Origin: Polyangiales bacterium
GTDB lineage: Bacteria; Myxococcota_A; Polyangia; Polyangiales; Polyangiaceae
Length of the DNA stretch: 64,000 nt
Assembly: GCA_038231275.1 (NCBI GenBank)
Contig: JBBRLQ010000001.1
Coordinates: 544,001 to 608,000, forward strand
Direction: 5' to 3'
Shown here piece after piece: positions 50,453 to 59,788 of this stretch (position 1 is its first letter; each line of letters starts with the position of its first letter). The notes beneath the pieces were generated by a model. It searched no databases, was not told where the DNA came from, and saw nothing but the letters and a program-made list of their open reading frames with translations. The translations under genes and the position numbers were made by a program.

Positions 50453-53400
50453 GTGGCCGACATCGGAGCTATGGCGGACGAACTCGAGGCCTTACGGCGT
50501 GAAGTAGAGCGCCTTCGGGTCCTCAGCCAGAACGAGCGTGGTCTGTTGGACGCGGTCATCAACCACAGCCCGCACGGAATCATCGTCTCCGATGCCAAGG
50601 GGCAGCTCACTCTCCACAACAAGGCGGCGGAACGAATCTGGGCCGGGAGCGCGACTGCGACGAATGTCGAGGGCTGGGGTAAGTACAGGGCATTCCACCC
50701 CGATGGTCGTCCCTTTGACCCAGACGATTGGTCCATGGCGCGATGTCTATCAACGGGGGAGACGACATTCGCAAGAGAAACCCACTTCCAGCGCTTCGAT
50801 GACTCCCATGGAATCTTGCTCGGAAGTGCCGCACCAATCTACGACTCTCAGGGAACCCTCACGGGTGCCCTGTCCGTCTTCGCGGACATCACAGAGTTGG
50901 TTCACACTCGAAAACAAGCCGAGGACCTTGCACGCCGTCTCCGTGAACAAGAGGCGCTAGGGTCCGACATCGAACGTCGTCAAGCATCTATTCTAGAAGC
51001 AGCAATAGATTGCATTGTTCTCATCGACGAGAATGGCAGCATCCTCGACTTCAATCCGGCCGCGGAGGTGACCTTTCGACGAAGCCGGAAAGATGTTCTC
51101 GGGAAAGAGATGGCGGCCATCCTCATACCGGAAAGATATCGCGAGCAACATCGCATTGGCCTGAAACGATATGTCAAGACACGAAAGGGCACCGTAATTG
51201 GCAAGAGACTGGAGCTGTCCGCAATTCGATCGGATGGATCCGAGTTCCCTGCGGAGCTTTCAATCACTTCGATAGCCCTTGGTGGAGCCATCGCCTTCAC
51301 CGGCTACCTACGTGACATCACCGAACGCCGAAAGGCTGAGGAGGAGCGGGCGGACCTCCTTGCACGCGAACAAGTTGCGCGCATCTCACTTGCCACCACC
51401 CTGAATAGCATTGGCGATGCGGTAATCGCTACCGATGCAACAGGACTCGTGACCTTCATGAATCCGGTGGCGGAATCGCTCACCGGCTGGCCGCTGCACG
51501 ACGCCACAGGACAGCCTCTGCGAACGGTGTTTCGGATCATCAACGAACGGACACGACGAGACGTCGAGAGCCCCGCCGATAAGGTCATCCGGGACGGTGT
51601 CGTCGTCGGGCTGGCGAGTCACACGGTCCTACTCGCCAGGAATGGGAACCAGATCATCATCGAGGACAGTGGCGCCCCCATCCGCGACGAGAAGGGCGTC
51701 CTGACGGGCGTGGTTCTCGTTTTCAGAGATGTCACCTCGAAGAGGAAGGAAGAAAGCCGCAGGGAGTTCTTGACCGATGCGACTCCAGCGCTCGCAGCAT
51801 CGCTGGATGTTCGGAAGACGCTCGCGAGCCTCGCTCGGTCGGCAGTCCCTGCGCTCGCCGACTGGTGTGCCATCGACATGATGGGTGACGACCCATCGAA
51901 GTTTCAGCAAATCGCGGTTGCTCACGTAGATCCGGCAAAAGTGCATATGGCGGAGGAGTTGGGGACGAGGTACCCACCCGATCCGAATGCCAAGACGGGG
52001 GCGCCAAACGTCCTTCGCACGGGCAAACCCGAGCTTTATGAAGAGATCCCCGAGGAGCTGCTGATAGAAGGGGCGGTGGACGCCGAACACCTCCGAATCA
52101 TTCGCGAGCTTCATCTCAGGTCCGCAATGATTGTGCCCTTGATTGCACGGGGCCGTGTTCTGGGCGCAATGACGTTCGTTTTTGCCGAGTCGGACCGTCG
52201 ATACACGCCTGATGACCTTCAGTTTGCCGAGGACTTCGCCCGCAGGGCAGCGATTGCGGTGGACAACGCTCGCCTCTACGAGTCGGAGCAGAATGCTCGA
52301 CGAAACGCCGACCTGGCAAATCGGGCGAAGGATGACTTTCTCGCAACCGTTTCGCACGAACTCAGGACGCCGCTGAACGCGATGCTCGGGTGGACCCGCA
52401 TGCTTCGCACGGGTGACCTCCCCAAAGAAAAGTATGACCGGGCGCTCGAAACAATCGAACGGAATGCGGTCACTCAGGCACAGCTCATCGAAGACCTTCT
52501 CGATGTCTCGCGCATCACCAGCGGCAAGCTGCGTCTCGACGTACAATCTGCCGAATTGGTCGATATCGTAGAACAGGCGGTAGACGCCCAGCGACTGGCG
52601 AGTGAGGCCAAAGCCATCCGTGTCGTGTCCGCCCTCGACCACCATACGGGGCCGATCATGGGCGACCCCCATCGGTTGCAGCAAGTGGTTTGGAACCTCT
52701 TGAGCAACGCCATCAAGTTCACACCGAAAGGTGGACGAATTCACATTGCACTAGAGCGAGTCGATTCGAATCTGCGCCTCACCGTGACGGACACTGGAAC
52801 CGGCATCAATCCGGAGTTCTTGCCGCATGTGTTCGAGCGGTTCAAACAGGCGGATGGCGCCACCACTCGTGCGCATGGTGGACTGGGGCTGGGTCTTGCG
52901 ATAGCGCGGCACATCGTTGAGCTGCACGGCGGCAGTATCCACGTGGACAGCAAGGGTGAGGGAAAAGGTTCCACCTTCACGGTTGTCCTCCCCATATCTC
53001 CCGTTCGTCAGGAAGCGCGGATAACATCCTCGCGCCTAGCAAGCGTCGCAGGCGGACTGGCCTTCGAGATTCGCCCTGAATTGAAGAACCTGAAAGTCTT
53101 GGTTGTCGATGACGAGGAGGACGCCAGAGGTCTCGTCGCTGCTGTGCTCGAACGATGCAGCGCAGTTGTTACGACCGCCGATAGTGTTGCCGATGCGCTG
53201 GAGAAGCTCAGTACGCAAAAGCCTGACATTCTCATCTCGGACATCGGCATGCCCGGTCAGGATGGGTATGATCTCATTCGTCAGGTTCGCGCGCTCACCA
53301 AGGACGAGGGCGGCAACATACCGGCCGCAGCACTCACGGCATATGCCCGCGCCGACGACCGGCGAAAAGCGCTGGATGCGGGATACATGATGCATGTCCC

Positions 53401-53470
53401 GAAGCCGGTCGAACCGGCGGAGCTAGTCGCGGTCATCGCGAATCTCACCCGGTTTGCAGTGCGGCGGTAG
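50453..53470 (+). CDS. PAS-PAS-PAS-GAF hybrid histidine kinase with receiver domain
   Basis: Three PAS/PAC segments, GAF, SHELRTPLNA, NLLSNAIKFT, GLGLGL and REC (VVDD...DIGMP...KP). Confidence 0.95.
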   Translation: MADIGAMADELEALRREVERLRVLSQNERGLLDAVINHSPHGIIVSDAKGQLTLHNKAAERIWAGSATATNVEGWGKYRAFHPDGRPFDPDDWSMARCLSTGETTFARETHFQRFDDSHGILLGSAAPIYDSQGTLTGALSVFADITELVHTRKQAEDLARRLREQEALGSDIERRQASILEAAIDCIVLIDENGSILDFNPAAEVTFRRSRKDVLGKEMAAILIPERYREQHRIGLKRYVKTRKGTVIGKRLELSAIRSDGSEFPAELSITSIALGGAIAFTGYLRDITERRKAEEERADLLAREQVARISLATTLNSIGDAVIATDATGLVTFMNPVAESLTGWPLHDATGQPLRTVFRIINERTRRDVESPADKVIRDGVVVGLASHTVLLARNGNQIIIEDSGAPIRDEKGVLTGVVLVFRDVTSKRKEESRREFLTDATPALAASLDVRKTLASLARSAVPALADWCAIDMMGDDPSKFQQIAVAHVDPAKVHMAEELGTRYPPDPNAKTGAPNVLRTGKPELYEEIPEELLIEGAVDAEHLRIIRELHLRSAMIVPLIARGRVLGAMTFVFAESDRRYTPDDLQFAEDFARRAAIAVDNARLYESEQNARRNADLANRAKDDFLATVSHELRTPLNAMLGWTRMLRTGDLPKEKYDRALETIERNAVTQAQLIEDLLDVSRITSGKLRLDVQSAELVDIVEQAVDAQRLASEAKAIRVVSALDHHTGPIMGDPHRLQQVVWNLLSNAIKFTPKGGRIHIALERVDSNLRLTVTDTGTGINPEFLPHVFERFKQADGATTRAHGGLGLGLAIARHIVELHGGSIHVDSKGEGKGSTFTVVLPISPVRQEARITSSRLASVAGGLAFEIRPELKNLKVLVVDDEEDARGLVAAVLERCSAVVTTADSVADALEKLSTQKPDILISDIGMPGQDGYDLIRQVRALTKDEGGNIPAAALTAYARADDRRKALDAGYMMHVPKPVEPAELVAVIANLTRFAVRR

Positions 53471-53513
53471 GCACGCCCGTCTCTGAAGCCGCGGGCATGA
53501 AGCGGCGGCCTCT

Positions 53514-53539
53514 CATTTGCGCCACGCGTCGTGCAAAAA
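53514..53539. promoter_or_regulatory. Palindromic putative activator site, copy 1
   Basis: CATTTGCG-N10-TGCAAAAA, similar to 56665-56690. Confidence 0.55.
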
Positions 53540-53656
53540 TGCCGGCGCAGCAACTGCGCGAGCTCTGGGAAGCGTTGTGCTGGCGCCTGTCGCGTTCGCC
53601 CTCCGCGGAAGCTGAATTGCGCTGGTTTCTCAGCTCGCCCGGAGCCTGGCAACGCT

Positions 53657-53672
53657 TGGCGCGCGCCTTGCT
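53657..53672 (+). promoter_or_regulatory. sigma54 promoter
   Basis: TGGCGCGCGCCTTGCT is near consensus TGGCACG-N4-TTGCW and lies 44 bp before ATG 53717. Confidence 0.75.
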
Positions 53673-53716
53673 TTTGGAGTGGTTCAGTCAACGTCAACCA
53701 CACGAAGGGTCATCCC

Positions 53717-53980
53717 ATGTCCATCATCGCCTGGATCGTTCTCGGCCTCATCTCGGGTTTCATCGCCAGCAAGATCGTCAACAAGACCGGCGAAGGCACG
53801 CTGATCGACATCGTGCTCGGTGTCGTCGGAGCCGTCGTTGGAGGGTTCCTCTTCAACATGATCGGCGCCACCGGCGTCGACGGCTTCAACATCTGGAGCA
53901 TGTTCGTGGCGGTGGTCGGCGCAGTCGTCGTCCTCGTCATCAAGCACGCCCTCATGGGCCGCGGCCGCGTGCACGCCTGA
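53717..53980 (+). CDS. GlsB/YeaQ/YmgE (transglycosylase-associated) stress membrane protein
   Basis: MSIIAWIVLGLISGFIASKIV...DIVLGVVGAVVGGFLF...VAVVGAVVVL. Confidence 0.92.
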   Translation: MSIIAWIVLGLISGFIASKIVNKTGEGTLIDIVLGVVGAVVGGFLFNMIGATGVDGFNIWSMFVAVVGAVVVLVIKHALMGRGRVHA

Positions 53981-54006
53981 CGTCGCCGACGCGCAGCGGC
54001 TCGAAG

Positions 54007-54043
54007 TGACCCGGTAGGGAGCGTCCTGCTTCCTACCGGGTCA
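54007..54043. terminator. Inverted-repeat terminator between convergent units
   Basis: TGACCCGGTAGGGAGC...GCTTCCTACCGGGTCA followed by TTTGCTTT. Confidence 0.8.
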
Positions 54044-54226
54044 TTTGCTTTAGGCTCGAGCTCGACGGCGTCTAGAGTTGGGCCGTGCCGAAGGCTCCGA
54101 GTCTGTCACCCGCGGACAAGCGCCTTGGGTCGAGGTCGAAGACAACCCCCGCGGGTACCACGCGCAGGTGGTCCACGCGGCGTCCGAGGTTCACGAGCCG
54201 CTCCCGGTTACACAAGCAGTGCCGAC

Positions 54227-55465
54227 TTACTTGGCGGCAGCCCCGGAGCTCACCATGTCTTTCGCGTTGCCGGCGGCTTTCTCGGCGAGCTCGCCCACGC
54301 GATGGCTCATGTCGCCGGCGGCCTCCTCGGCGCGCCGAAACAGCTTGTCGCGCGCGTCGCCCATGAGAAGATCTTCGCCGTGGGTGCGGGGTAGCGAATA
54401 TCCAATCACCGCGCCGACCGCGACCGCAGCCGCGCCGAGCGCGAGAGGGTTCTCGTGAAGCGTCGTCGTGAACCCCTGTTCCAGGCGCCGCGCTTGCGAC
54501 TGGGCGCCGCGTGCGACGTAGGACGCGGCGTCACTCGCGTTGTGTGCAAGGCTCGCCGAAGCGTCGCGCGCTCCGTGAACGAGTGCCGTGGCCGTATCGG
54601 ACGTTTGGGAAGCGAGGCGACCTGCGAGATCAGTCGCTCCGTGAACGACATTACCGGCCGCGTCCGTCGCAGAATGAACGGCAGTCCCAACCGCGTCCGA
54701 AGCCTGGTTCAGCGTGCTGCCCGCCGCGTCCGTTGCGCGATGAAGGATGTTCCCCACGTTGTCGACCATGTGACCTGCCGCTTGTCCGGCACCACGGAAT
54801 GCGACCTTGATCCCGTTCGATGAGCTGGTGTCGGCGCCCGCTCCGCCTGCGCGCGCTCGTTTGGCGGAGCTTCGGTTCATGAAGAGCCACGCGATGCCGA
54901 TTCCGGCGAGCGCCGCGGGGATGGGATTGTTGCGAACCGTATCGACCAGCGTTTCACGGGTGTCGTTCATGGTGTCTCCGATTGTAGTGGCCAGGTTTTC
55001 GACCCTGCCCAAGGTGGCGGCGCGAATGGCGGTCTTCGCGTCAGTGACGGCTTCTCTGACCTCGCTCTTGACGCTGTCCTTCGCGTCGGCGAGCCCTCTG
55101 CGAATCTTTTCTTCCGTGCGATCGAGCTCCTCGGCGATGTCCTTTTTCACGGTGTCGTGAACATCGGCGAGCCCCTTCCTCAACTTGGACTCTGCTACTT
55201 CCATCTCCGCGTGGAGAAAGCCCTTGGCCTCGAGTAACTCCTCTTTGACCAAGGTTTTGGCTTCGGCCAAGTGCTCTCGCACGACCTCGCGGACCTTCTC
55301 CTCGACGTGGTGAAGCTCGCCGCGAATTTCTGCAGGGCTCAAGCGCGTTTCGAGCGCGGCAAGAGTTCCCGTCAGCTCGGCACGTGTCTTCTCGATCCCC
55401 TGCACGAGCCGAGTGGTTTCCGAATTTTGCTCCGCGCCATCTTTCGGCTTCTCAGTTGCGCTCAT
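54227..55465 (-). CDS. DUF3618-domain / LEA-like stress protein
   Basis: IEKTRAELTGTLAALETRLSP, NPIPAALAGIGIAWL and NPLALGAAAVAVG...LMG motifs. Confidence 0.85.
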   Translation of the reverse strand: MSATEKPKDGAEQNSETTRLVQGIEKTRAELTGTLAALETRLSPAEIRGELHHVEEKVREVVREHLAEAKTLVKEELLEAKGFLHAEMEVAESKLRKGLADVHDTVKKDIAEELDRTEEKIRRGLADAKDSVKSEVREAVTDAKTAIRAATLGRVENLATTIGDTMNDTRETLVDTVRNNPIPAALAGIGIAWLFMNRSSAKRARAGGAGADTSSSNGIKVAFRGAGQAAGHMVDNVGNILHRATDAAGSTLNQASDAVGTAVHSATDAAGNVVHGATDLAGRLASQTSDTATALVHGARDASASLAHNASDAASYVARGAQSQARRLEQGFTTTLHENPLALGAAAVAVGAVIGYSLPRTHGEDLLMGDARDKLFRRAEEAAGDMSHRVGELAEKAAGNAKDMVSSGAAAK

Positions 55466-55856
55466 CGAGCTTCTCCTTTACCCACGCGCCGTCGTCCTTG
55501 AGCGTGTTCAGTGTTTGCCGGGGCACCAGATCAAGATTCCGGAGTGTGCCCAATCCCTTCGCGAGCATCATCGCGCCCGTGAGCGTCGCGAGCGCCCCGA
55601 CGATGACCGCGGAGAGCCATGTCGGCACGACGGCAGCCAAGCCAAACACCAGCGCGACGGCGAGGACGAGTACTCCCGCATGAAGCACAGCCCCACCGAG
55701 GCCAACCATCCCGACGGCTCGCCCCGCGTGGGTGGCCTTCTGCGCCATCTCGGTCGTGACCAGACGGACCTCTTGCCGCATCAGCGACGCCGTCGAATTG
55801 GCGAGCGTTCCAAGCAGGTCGCCCACGGTCGGCTCGCTCTTCTCCGCGAGCATCAC
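55452..55856 (-). CDS. Phage-holin-like (YqjE/DUF1469) membrane protein
   Basis: LMRQEVRLVTTEM, two TMs and PRQTLNTLKDD; overlaps both neighbours. Confidence 0.88.
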   Translation of the reverse strand: MMLAEKSEPTVGDLLGTLANSTASLMRQEVRLVTTEMAQKATHAGRAVGMVGLGGAVLHAGVLVLAVALVFGLAAVVPTWLSAVIVGALATLTGAMMLAKGLGTLRNLDLVPRQTLNTLKDDGAWVKEKLDERN

Positions 55857-56548
55857 GACGCTCCGGGGCTCTTCTTCGACCGCTCCCCGTTGCCGCCGCC
55901 GTTCTCGCTCTTGAACGGCGCAGCGCCTGCGGCGGACGACGCGTTCTTTAAGCTCTGCGACGTGTGGTCACCAAGAGGGCGCGACTGGACGTCGCGGCGG
56001 TTCCCATCCGCGCTTTGTACATTCTTCGAAGCCTTGCGCGGCTCGCTCTCCCGGGCCCCGCCGCTGGTGCGTGGCGATTCCGGATGCGAGCTCTTCAGAA
56101 AGCGACCGCCGATCAGTCCAACGACGAGCGCGCCGCCCAAGAAGAGAGCCGGCTCCCGACGTGCGAACTGCTTCACGTCGCCGACGAGCTGGGAAAGGGA
56201 TCGGTCCTTCAAATAGGAAGAAGCCGCATCCACTTTCTGCGCGGCTTGGTCGAGGTACGCGGGGAGCGCGCCATCGTCGTCCAGACGCATCTGGTCACCG
56301 GTCTTGCGAAGCGCATCCGCGACGCTGCCGAGCCCGTCTGCGGCCTTCGACTTTCCGAGCGTGATCTGCGATTCAGCTGCTTTCTTGGTCTGCCCGGCGA
56401 CGTCCTCGGCCAGATGCTTCGCGCCCGCTGTGAAATCGTGCGCGCCCGTGACGACGGCGGTCTTCAGCGCCTTCGCCGCGGCGTCTCCTTCTTTCGGGGA
56501 GGACAGTTCAGGTGTTTTGGTTCCGCTTGTCGAGGTCTCGATGGCCAT
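55853..56548 (-). CDS. General-stress hydrophilic protein (ElaB/YqjD-like tail)
   Basis: DVKQFARREPALFLGGALVVGL; GGAG-like RBS upstream. Confidence 0.8.
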   Translation of the reverse strand: MAIETSTSGTKTPELSSPKEGDAAAKALKTAVVTGAHDFTAGAKHLAEDVAGQTKKAAESQITLGKSKAADGLGSVADALRKTGDQMRLDDDGALPAYLDQAAQKVDAASSYLKDRSLSQLVGDVKQFARREPALFLGGALVVGLIGGRFLKSSHPESPRTSGGARESEPRKASKNVQSADGNRRDVQSRPLGDHTSQSLKNASSAAGAAPFKSENGGGNGERSKKSPGAS

Positions 56549-56598
56549 GTTCGTTCCTGCTCCTTGGACCGGGTTTCCACTCCGCGGTCGGCCCTCTT

Positions 56599-56614
56599 TG
56601 CGCAGATTGTGCCA
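56599..56614 (-). promoter_or_regulatory. Candidate sigma54 promoter
   Basis: Minus strand TGGCACAATCTGCGCA (GG-N10-GC), 50 bp before ATG 56548. Confidence 0.6.
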
Positions 56615-56664
56615 GCGGCCACGCTCCTAAATTTTGTGCGCTCGGTATCGCGCAGCGCGCGCTG

Positions 56665-56690
56665 CATTTGCGTCATCCGAGGCGCAAATG
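56665..56690. promoter_or_regulatory. Palindromic putative activator site, copy 2
   Basis: Perfect CATTTGCG-N10-CGCAAATG. Confidence 0.6.
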
Positions 56691-56744
56691 AAGGCAGCGC
56701 GGTCCGTTCGATCGACAACGCGATTCGCAACCACCTCGAGTGGA

Positions 56745-57054
56745 TCAGGCGACGAGCTTCGCGAGCACCGCGCCGTACACCCAGTGGGCGATCACCATCG
56801 ACGCAGGTCGTCCCGAGCGATCATTTTTCGGAGACCGCATGATCCCGAGCGCCGGAACCCATCCCGCATAGCTCAGCGCCACCACATGGGCGATCCCAAC
56901 CTGGTGTCCGCGTCCCGGTGAGCCCCACCTTCTGAGCTACGAGCATCACGACCGACATCGCGGCGGTGGCAGCGACGCCGGCGGCCAAGCCGCGCGCGCC
57001 ACCTTCGGCTGCCAGTTGGAGAGCGGTGGGCCTAGTCGGCGATTCGAGCCTCAT
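56745..57054 (-). pseudogene. Frameshifted, probably internally deleted DUF6789/DUF1440-like membrane gene
   Basis: The N-terminal GLAAGVAATAAMSVVML and C-terminal LSYAGWVPALGIM...DRSGRPASMVIAHWVYGAVL parts are in different frames; the span of 310 bp is not a multiple of 3. Confidence 0.7.
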
Positions 57055-57121
57055 CCTGCGCTCAAGGGAGCAAACGGCGGGTCTGCAAGCGGCCGCCCCG
57101 CGGAGCTGCCTCGTCATTAGG

Positions 57122-57137
57122 TGGCCCGACCTTTGCT
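57122..57137 (+). promoter_or_regulatory. sigma54 promoter
   Basis: TGGCCCGACCTTTGCT upstream of ATG 57200. Confidence 0.65.
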
Positions 57138-57199
57138 GATGACGCGAGTTCTGCTTCGGAACGGTCAATCTGGAAAATGAAGGATCAAGGAGAAGGACG

Positions 57200-57388
57200 A
57201 TGAAGGTGTTCGTTGCAAGTCTCAGCGTGCTCGCGGCCATGATGGTGGGGTGGGGCTGCGGGGGCGGTACCCAGCAGACGACCGATCGCGCAGGCCAGGA
57301 CATCAAGGACGGGGCGAAGACGACGGCGCACGACGTCGAGACGGTGGGCGCAGGCCATGGGGACGCTGGATCGCTGAACTCGCACTGA
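57200..57388 (+). CDS. Small lipoprotein, entericidin-like
   Basis: AGGAGAAGGA RBS, signal peptide ending WGC, AGQDIKDGAK. Confidence 0.7.
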   Translation: MKVFVASLSVLAAMMVGWGCGGGTQQTTDRAGQDIKDGAKTTAHDVETVGAGHGDAGSLNSH

Positions 57389-57406
57389 GACGAGTTCTCC
57401 GACACA

Positions 57407-57571
57407 TCACGCCATGCGTACGACGCCGTCGGGACGTCCGGCGGCGTCGAGAATGCGCGCGAGGTAGGGCGCGGTCCGGCTTTCGTGTGCGCGCGCGATC
57501 GCCGCAGGGTGGCCGAATGCCACGACGCGCCCGCCTTCCTCGCCGGCGCCCGGGCCGATGTCGATCACGTG
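57407..57571 (-). pseudogene. UvrA-family ATPase C-terminal remnant
   Basis: HVIDIGPGAGEEGGRVVAFGHPAAIARAHESRTAPYLARIL; no upstream part. Confidence 0.8.
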
Positions 57572-58107
57572 GTACCGCCCGCGTCGACACGCGTGCCACG
57601 CGGCGGAGGCGCGGCCGTAGGGAGTAGCCGCATGATCTCGTCGAGCCGCTCGCTACGGATGCCCACCCAGCACGGGAAGATCGGCGCGCGCTCGCGCGGC
57701 ATGAGGCGAAGCTCGCGCACGCCCTTCTCGTCCACCTCGGTCGGCGGCAGCAGCGCGAAGCAGGGGTAGCCGTACTCGAGATCACTCGGCGGCTCGCCGC
57801 GACGGTACCCGACGTAGCGCACGACGCACGCCTCCGAGCCGAGCCCGTGCTGCGCCACGACGATGCGCCGATCCGTCACCCGCACCCGGCCGCGCTGGTA
57901 GACCATTGAGTTGATCAAGGCGCGCTGGAAGGGAAGGGCGGCGTAGCGGACCTCGAGCTCGAGGAGCGTCGTCTCCCCCTCGAGCGGCACCAGGCGATCG
58001 AGCATCGCCTTTCGGCCGTTTTTCACGCCGACCGCGATCACCGCGATCGCGACGACGGCGAACAGGCCGAGGAAGATCGGAAACGGGTTGTCCATCGCGG
58101 CGCTCAT
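57565..58107 (-). CDS. Membrane-anchored hypothetical protein
   Basis: N-terminal TM followed by a beta-rich domain. Confidence 0.7.
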   Translation of the reverse strand: MSAAMDNPFPIFLGLFAVVAIAVIAVGVKNGRKAMLDRLVPLEGETTLLELEVRYAALPFQRALINSMVYQRGRVRVTDRRIVVAQHGLGSEACVVRYVGYRRGEPPSDLEYGYPCFALLPPTEVDEKGVRELRLMPRERAPIFPCWVGIRSERLDEIMRLLPTAAPPPRGTRVDAGGTT

Positions 58108-58208
58108 CGTCTCATGGATCGAAGCGGCGGCACCGGCAGGGTCTGCCGCCGATGGCGGCGCGCCGAGACATGCGGCATCATCTCCGCCTGTACAAGAAGG
58201 AGGACGCG

Positions 58209-58499
58209 ATGGGGATAATGGGAGATCGCTACGAGGGGACCTTCGACGGGCACGCGATCGAGCTCGTTCGCAACAACCAGCACAAGACGCTGAACCTCGT
58301 CATCGACGGCGCGGTCGTCGCGTCCGAGCAACGGTGGGTGCCAAAGGAGCTCGAGCTCCACGCCGAGTTCGAGCACAAGGGCGCCAAGCACACGGTCGTA
58401 GCGCACCAGCATCTGAAGAAGATCCTCGGCCTGCCCATCGACACCGACGACAGCATCGAGATCGACGGTCGGCCCCTTCCGCTGAAGAAGACGAAGTGA
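58209..58499 (+). CDS. Hypothetical protein (96 aa)
   Basis: AGGAGG RBS; good codon bias. Confidence 0.75.
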   Translation: MGIMGDRYEGTFDGHAIELVRNNQHKTLNLVIDGAVVASEQRWVPKELELHAEFEHKGAKHTVVAHQHLKKILGLPIDTDDSIEIDGRPLPLKKTK

Positions 58500-58720
58500 C
58501 GCCGGGCGCGACCCTCGCCGGAGGTCTCGCGCTCCTCGCCGGCTGCTGGTTCCCGGGCGACCCGATGCGCAACGCGGACAAGAGGCCCGTGGAGTCGAGC
58601 CCCTGCCCTCCGAATCCGGCGGGGAAGGCGTGTGACCTCCATCGTGGGCGACGCTGCGCCGGGGGGAAGGACTGGGACTACGTGTGCGAAGGGGGGACCT
58701 GGCGGCAGGACGGGACGTGA
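58496..58720 (+). CDS. Small Cys-containing lipoprotein
   Basis: GTGA overlap; lipobox LAGC. Confidence 0.65.
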   Translation: MTPGATLAGGLALLAGCWFPGDPMRNADKRPVESSPCPPNPAGKACDLHRGRRCAGGKDWDYVCEGGTWRQDGT

Positions 58721-58768
58721 GTCTTGCGCGTGTGCGGCTGAGGTAAGGGCAGGTACCTGTTCGACGTC

Positions 58769-58987
58769 ATGGTTCGCGCCCCACGCAACCTCCCCGAGGA
58801 AGAGCGGCGCGAGCTGGCGTCCGCGGACGCCGTCGACATCATCGTCTCCTTCGTCACGATCCAGAAGCCGCCCATCACCTTGCCCGTCGTCGTCGCGGCG
58901 GTGTTCGTCCTGCTCGTCGTCATCCCCGCCGCGGTGTCGCTCCTCAGCAACAAGGGCGCCGTGTGCCTGAAGGACTGCGACTGGTAG
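58769..58987 (+). CDS. Small single-TM protein
   Basis: One strong hydrophobic helix; C-terminal CLKDC. Confidence 0.55.
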   Translation: MVRAPRNLPEEERRELASADAVDIIVSFVTIQKPPITLPVVVAAVFVLLVVIPAAVSLLSNKGAVCLKDCDW

Positions 58988-59194
58988 CGACGAGCTCGTC
59001 GAACGAGTGGGTCGCGCCTGCCGGCGACCGATGTCGGCCCCCGCCGAGGTGTCAGCCACTACGTTTGGATTTCACGGGCGCGTGGCGTTCTGGCGCTCCG
59101 AGCCGTTCTGCCACATCCCGCCGGGGAAAGACGCGAATGCTTTCGCGAGACGCGGTACGGCGATCGGCGGCCGGGCTCTTGCACTGCGACGTGC

Positions 59195-59788
59195 ATGACG
59201 TCCAAGCTCGTGCACCGCCGTCCGCTGATCTCCTGTCTGTTCCTCTCGCTTGGCCTCGCGGCCGCCGGCTCCGCGTGCAGCAGCAGCTCGGCGGCGCCTG
59301 CGATCGTGGTGAGCAACGGCGACAGTGGCGGCGTCGGCGGCAACGCGAGCCTCACCGGCGCGTTCGGCGCCGATGCCATTCGTCCAATCGTAGCCGCGTA
59401 TTGGATCGGACTGCCCGGCGATGCATCCGAGTCCGGCGGCGGCCCCTTTGTCTACCTCTTCTCCACCCCCGTCACGTGCAACGACCTGTCGAAGGGATCG
59501 GGCTGGGCACCGTCGCTTCCCGCGGACGCGCAAGCCATGGAGATGATCATCGGCGTTACGGCGTCAGGGGTCGCAGCGAATGCGTCACCGCACGCCGGCG
59601 CGAACCTCTCCGAGGTGAACTACTTCGGGCAGTCGAGCACGGAGGCACGCGCGACCGCGGGCAGCGTCACGCTCACGAAATACACCAAAGACGTGGCCGT
59701 CGACGGAACCGTCGACGTGACGTTCCCGACCGGTAGCGCGAAGGGGACCTTCCACGCCACGTGGTGCCCCGGCGGCCACGAGCGCTAG
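59195..59788 (+). CDS. Hypothetical lipoprotein
   Basis: Lipobox GSAC; C-terminal GTFHATWC beta-strand pattern. Confidence 0.78.
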   Translation: MTSKLVHRRPLISCLFLSLGLAAAGSACSSSSAAPAIVVSNGDSGGVGGNASLTGAFGADAIRPIVAAYWIGLPGDASESGGGPFVYLFSTPVTCNDLSKGSGWAPSLPADAQAMEMIIGVTASGVAANASPHAGANLSEVNYFGQSSTEARATAGSVTLTKYTKDVAVDGTVDVTFPTGSAKGTFHATWCPGGHER

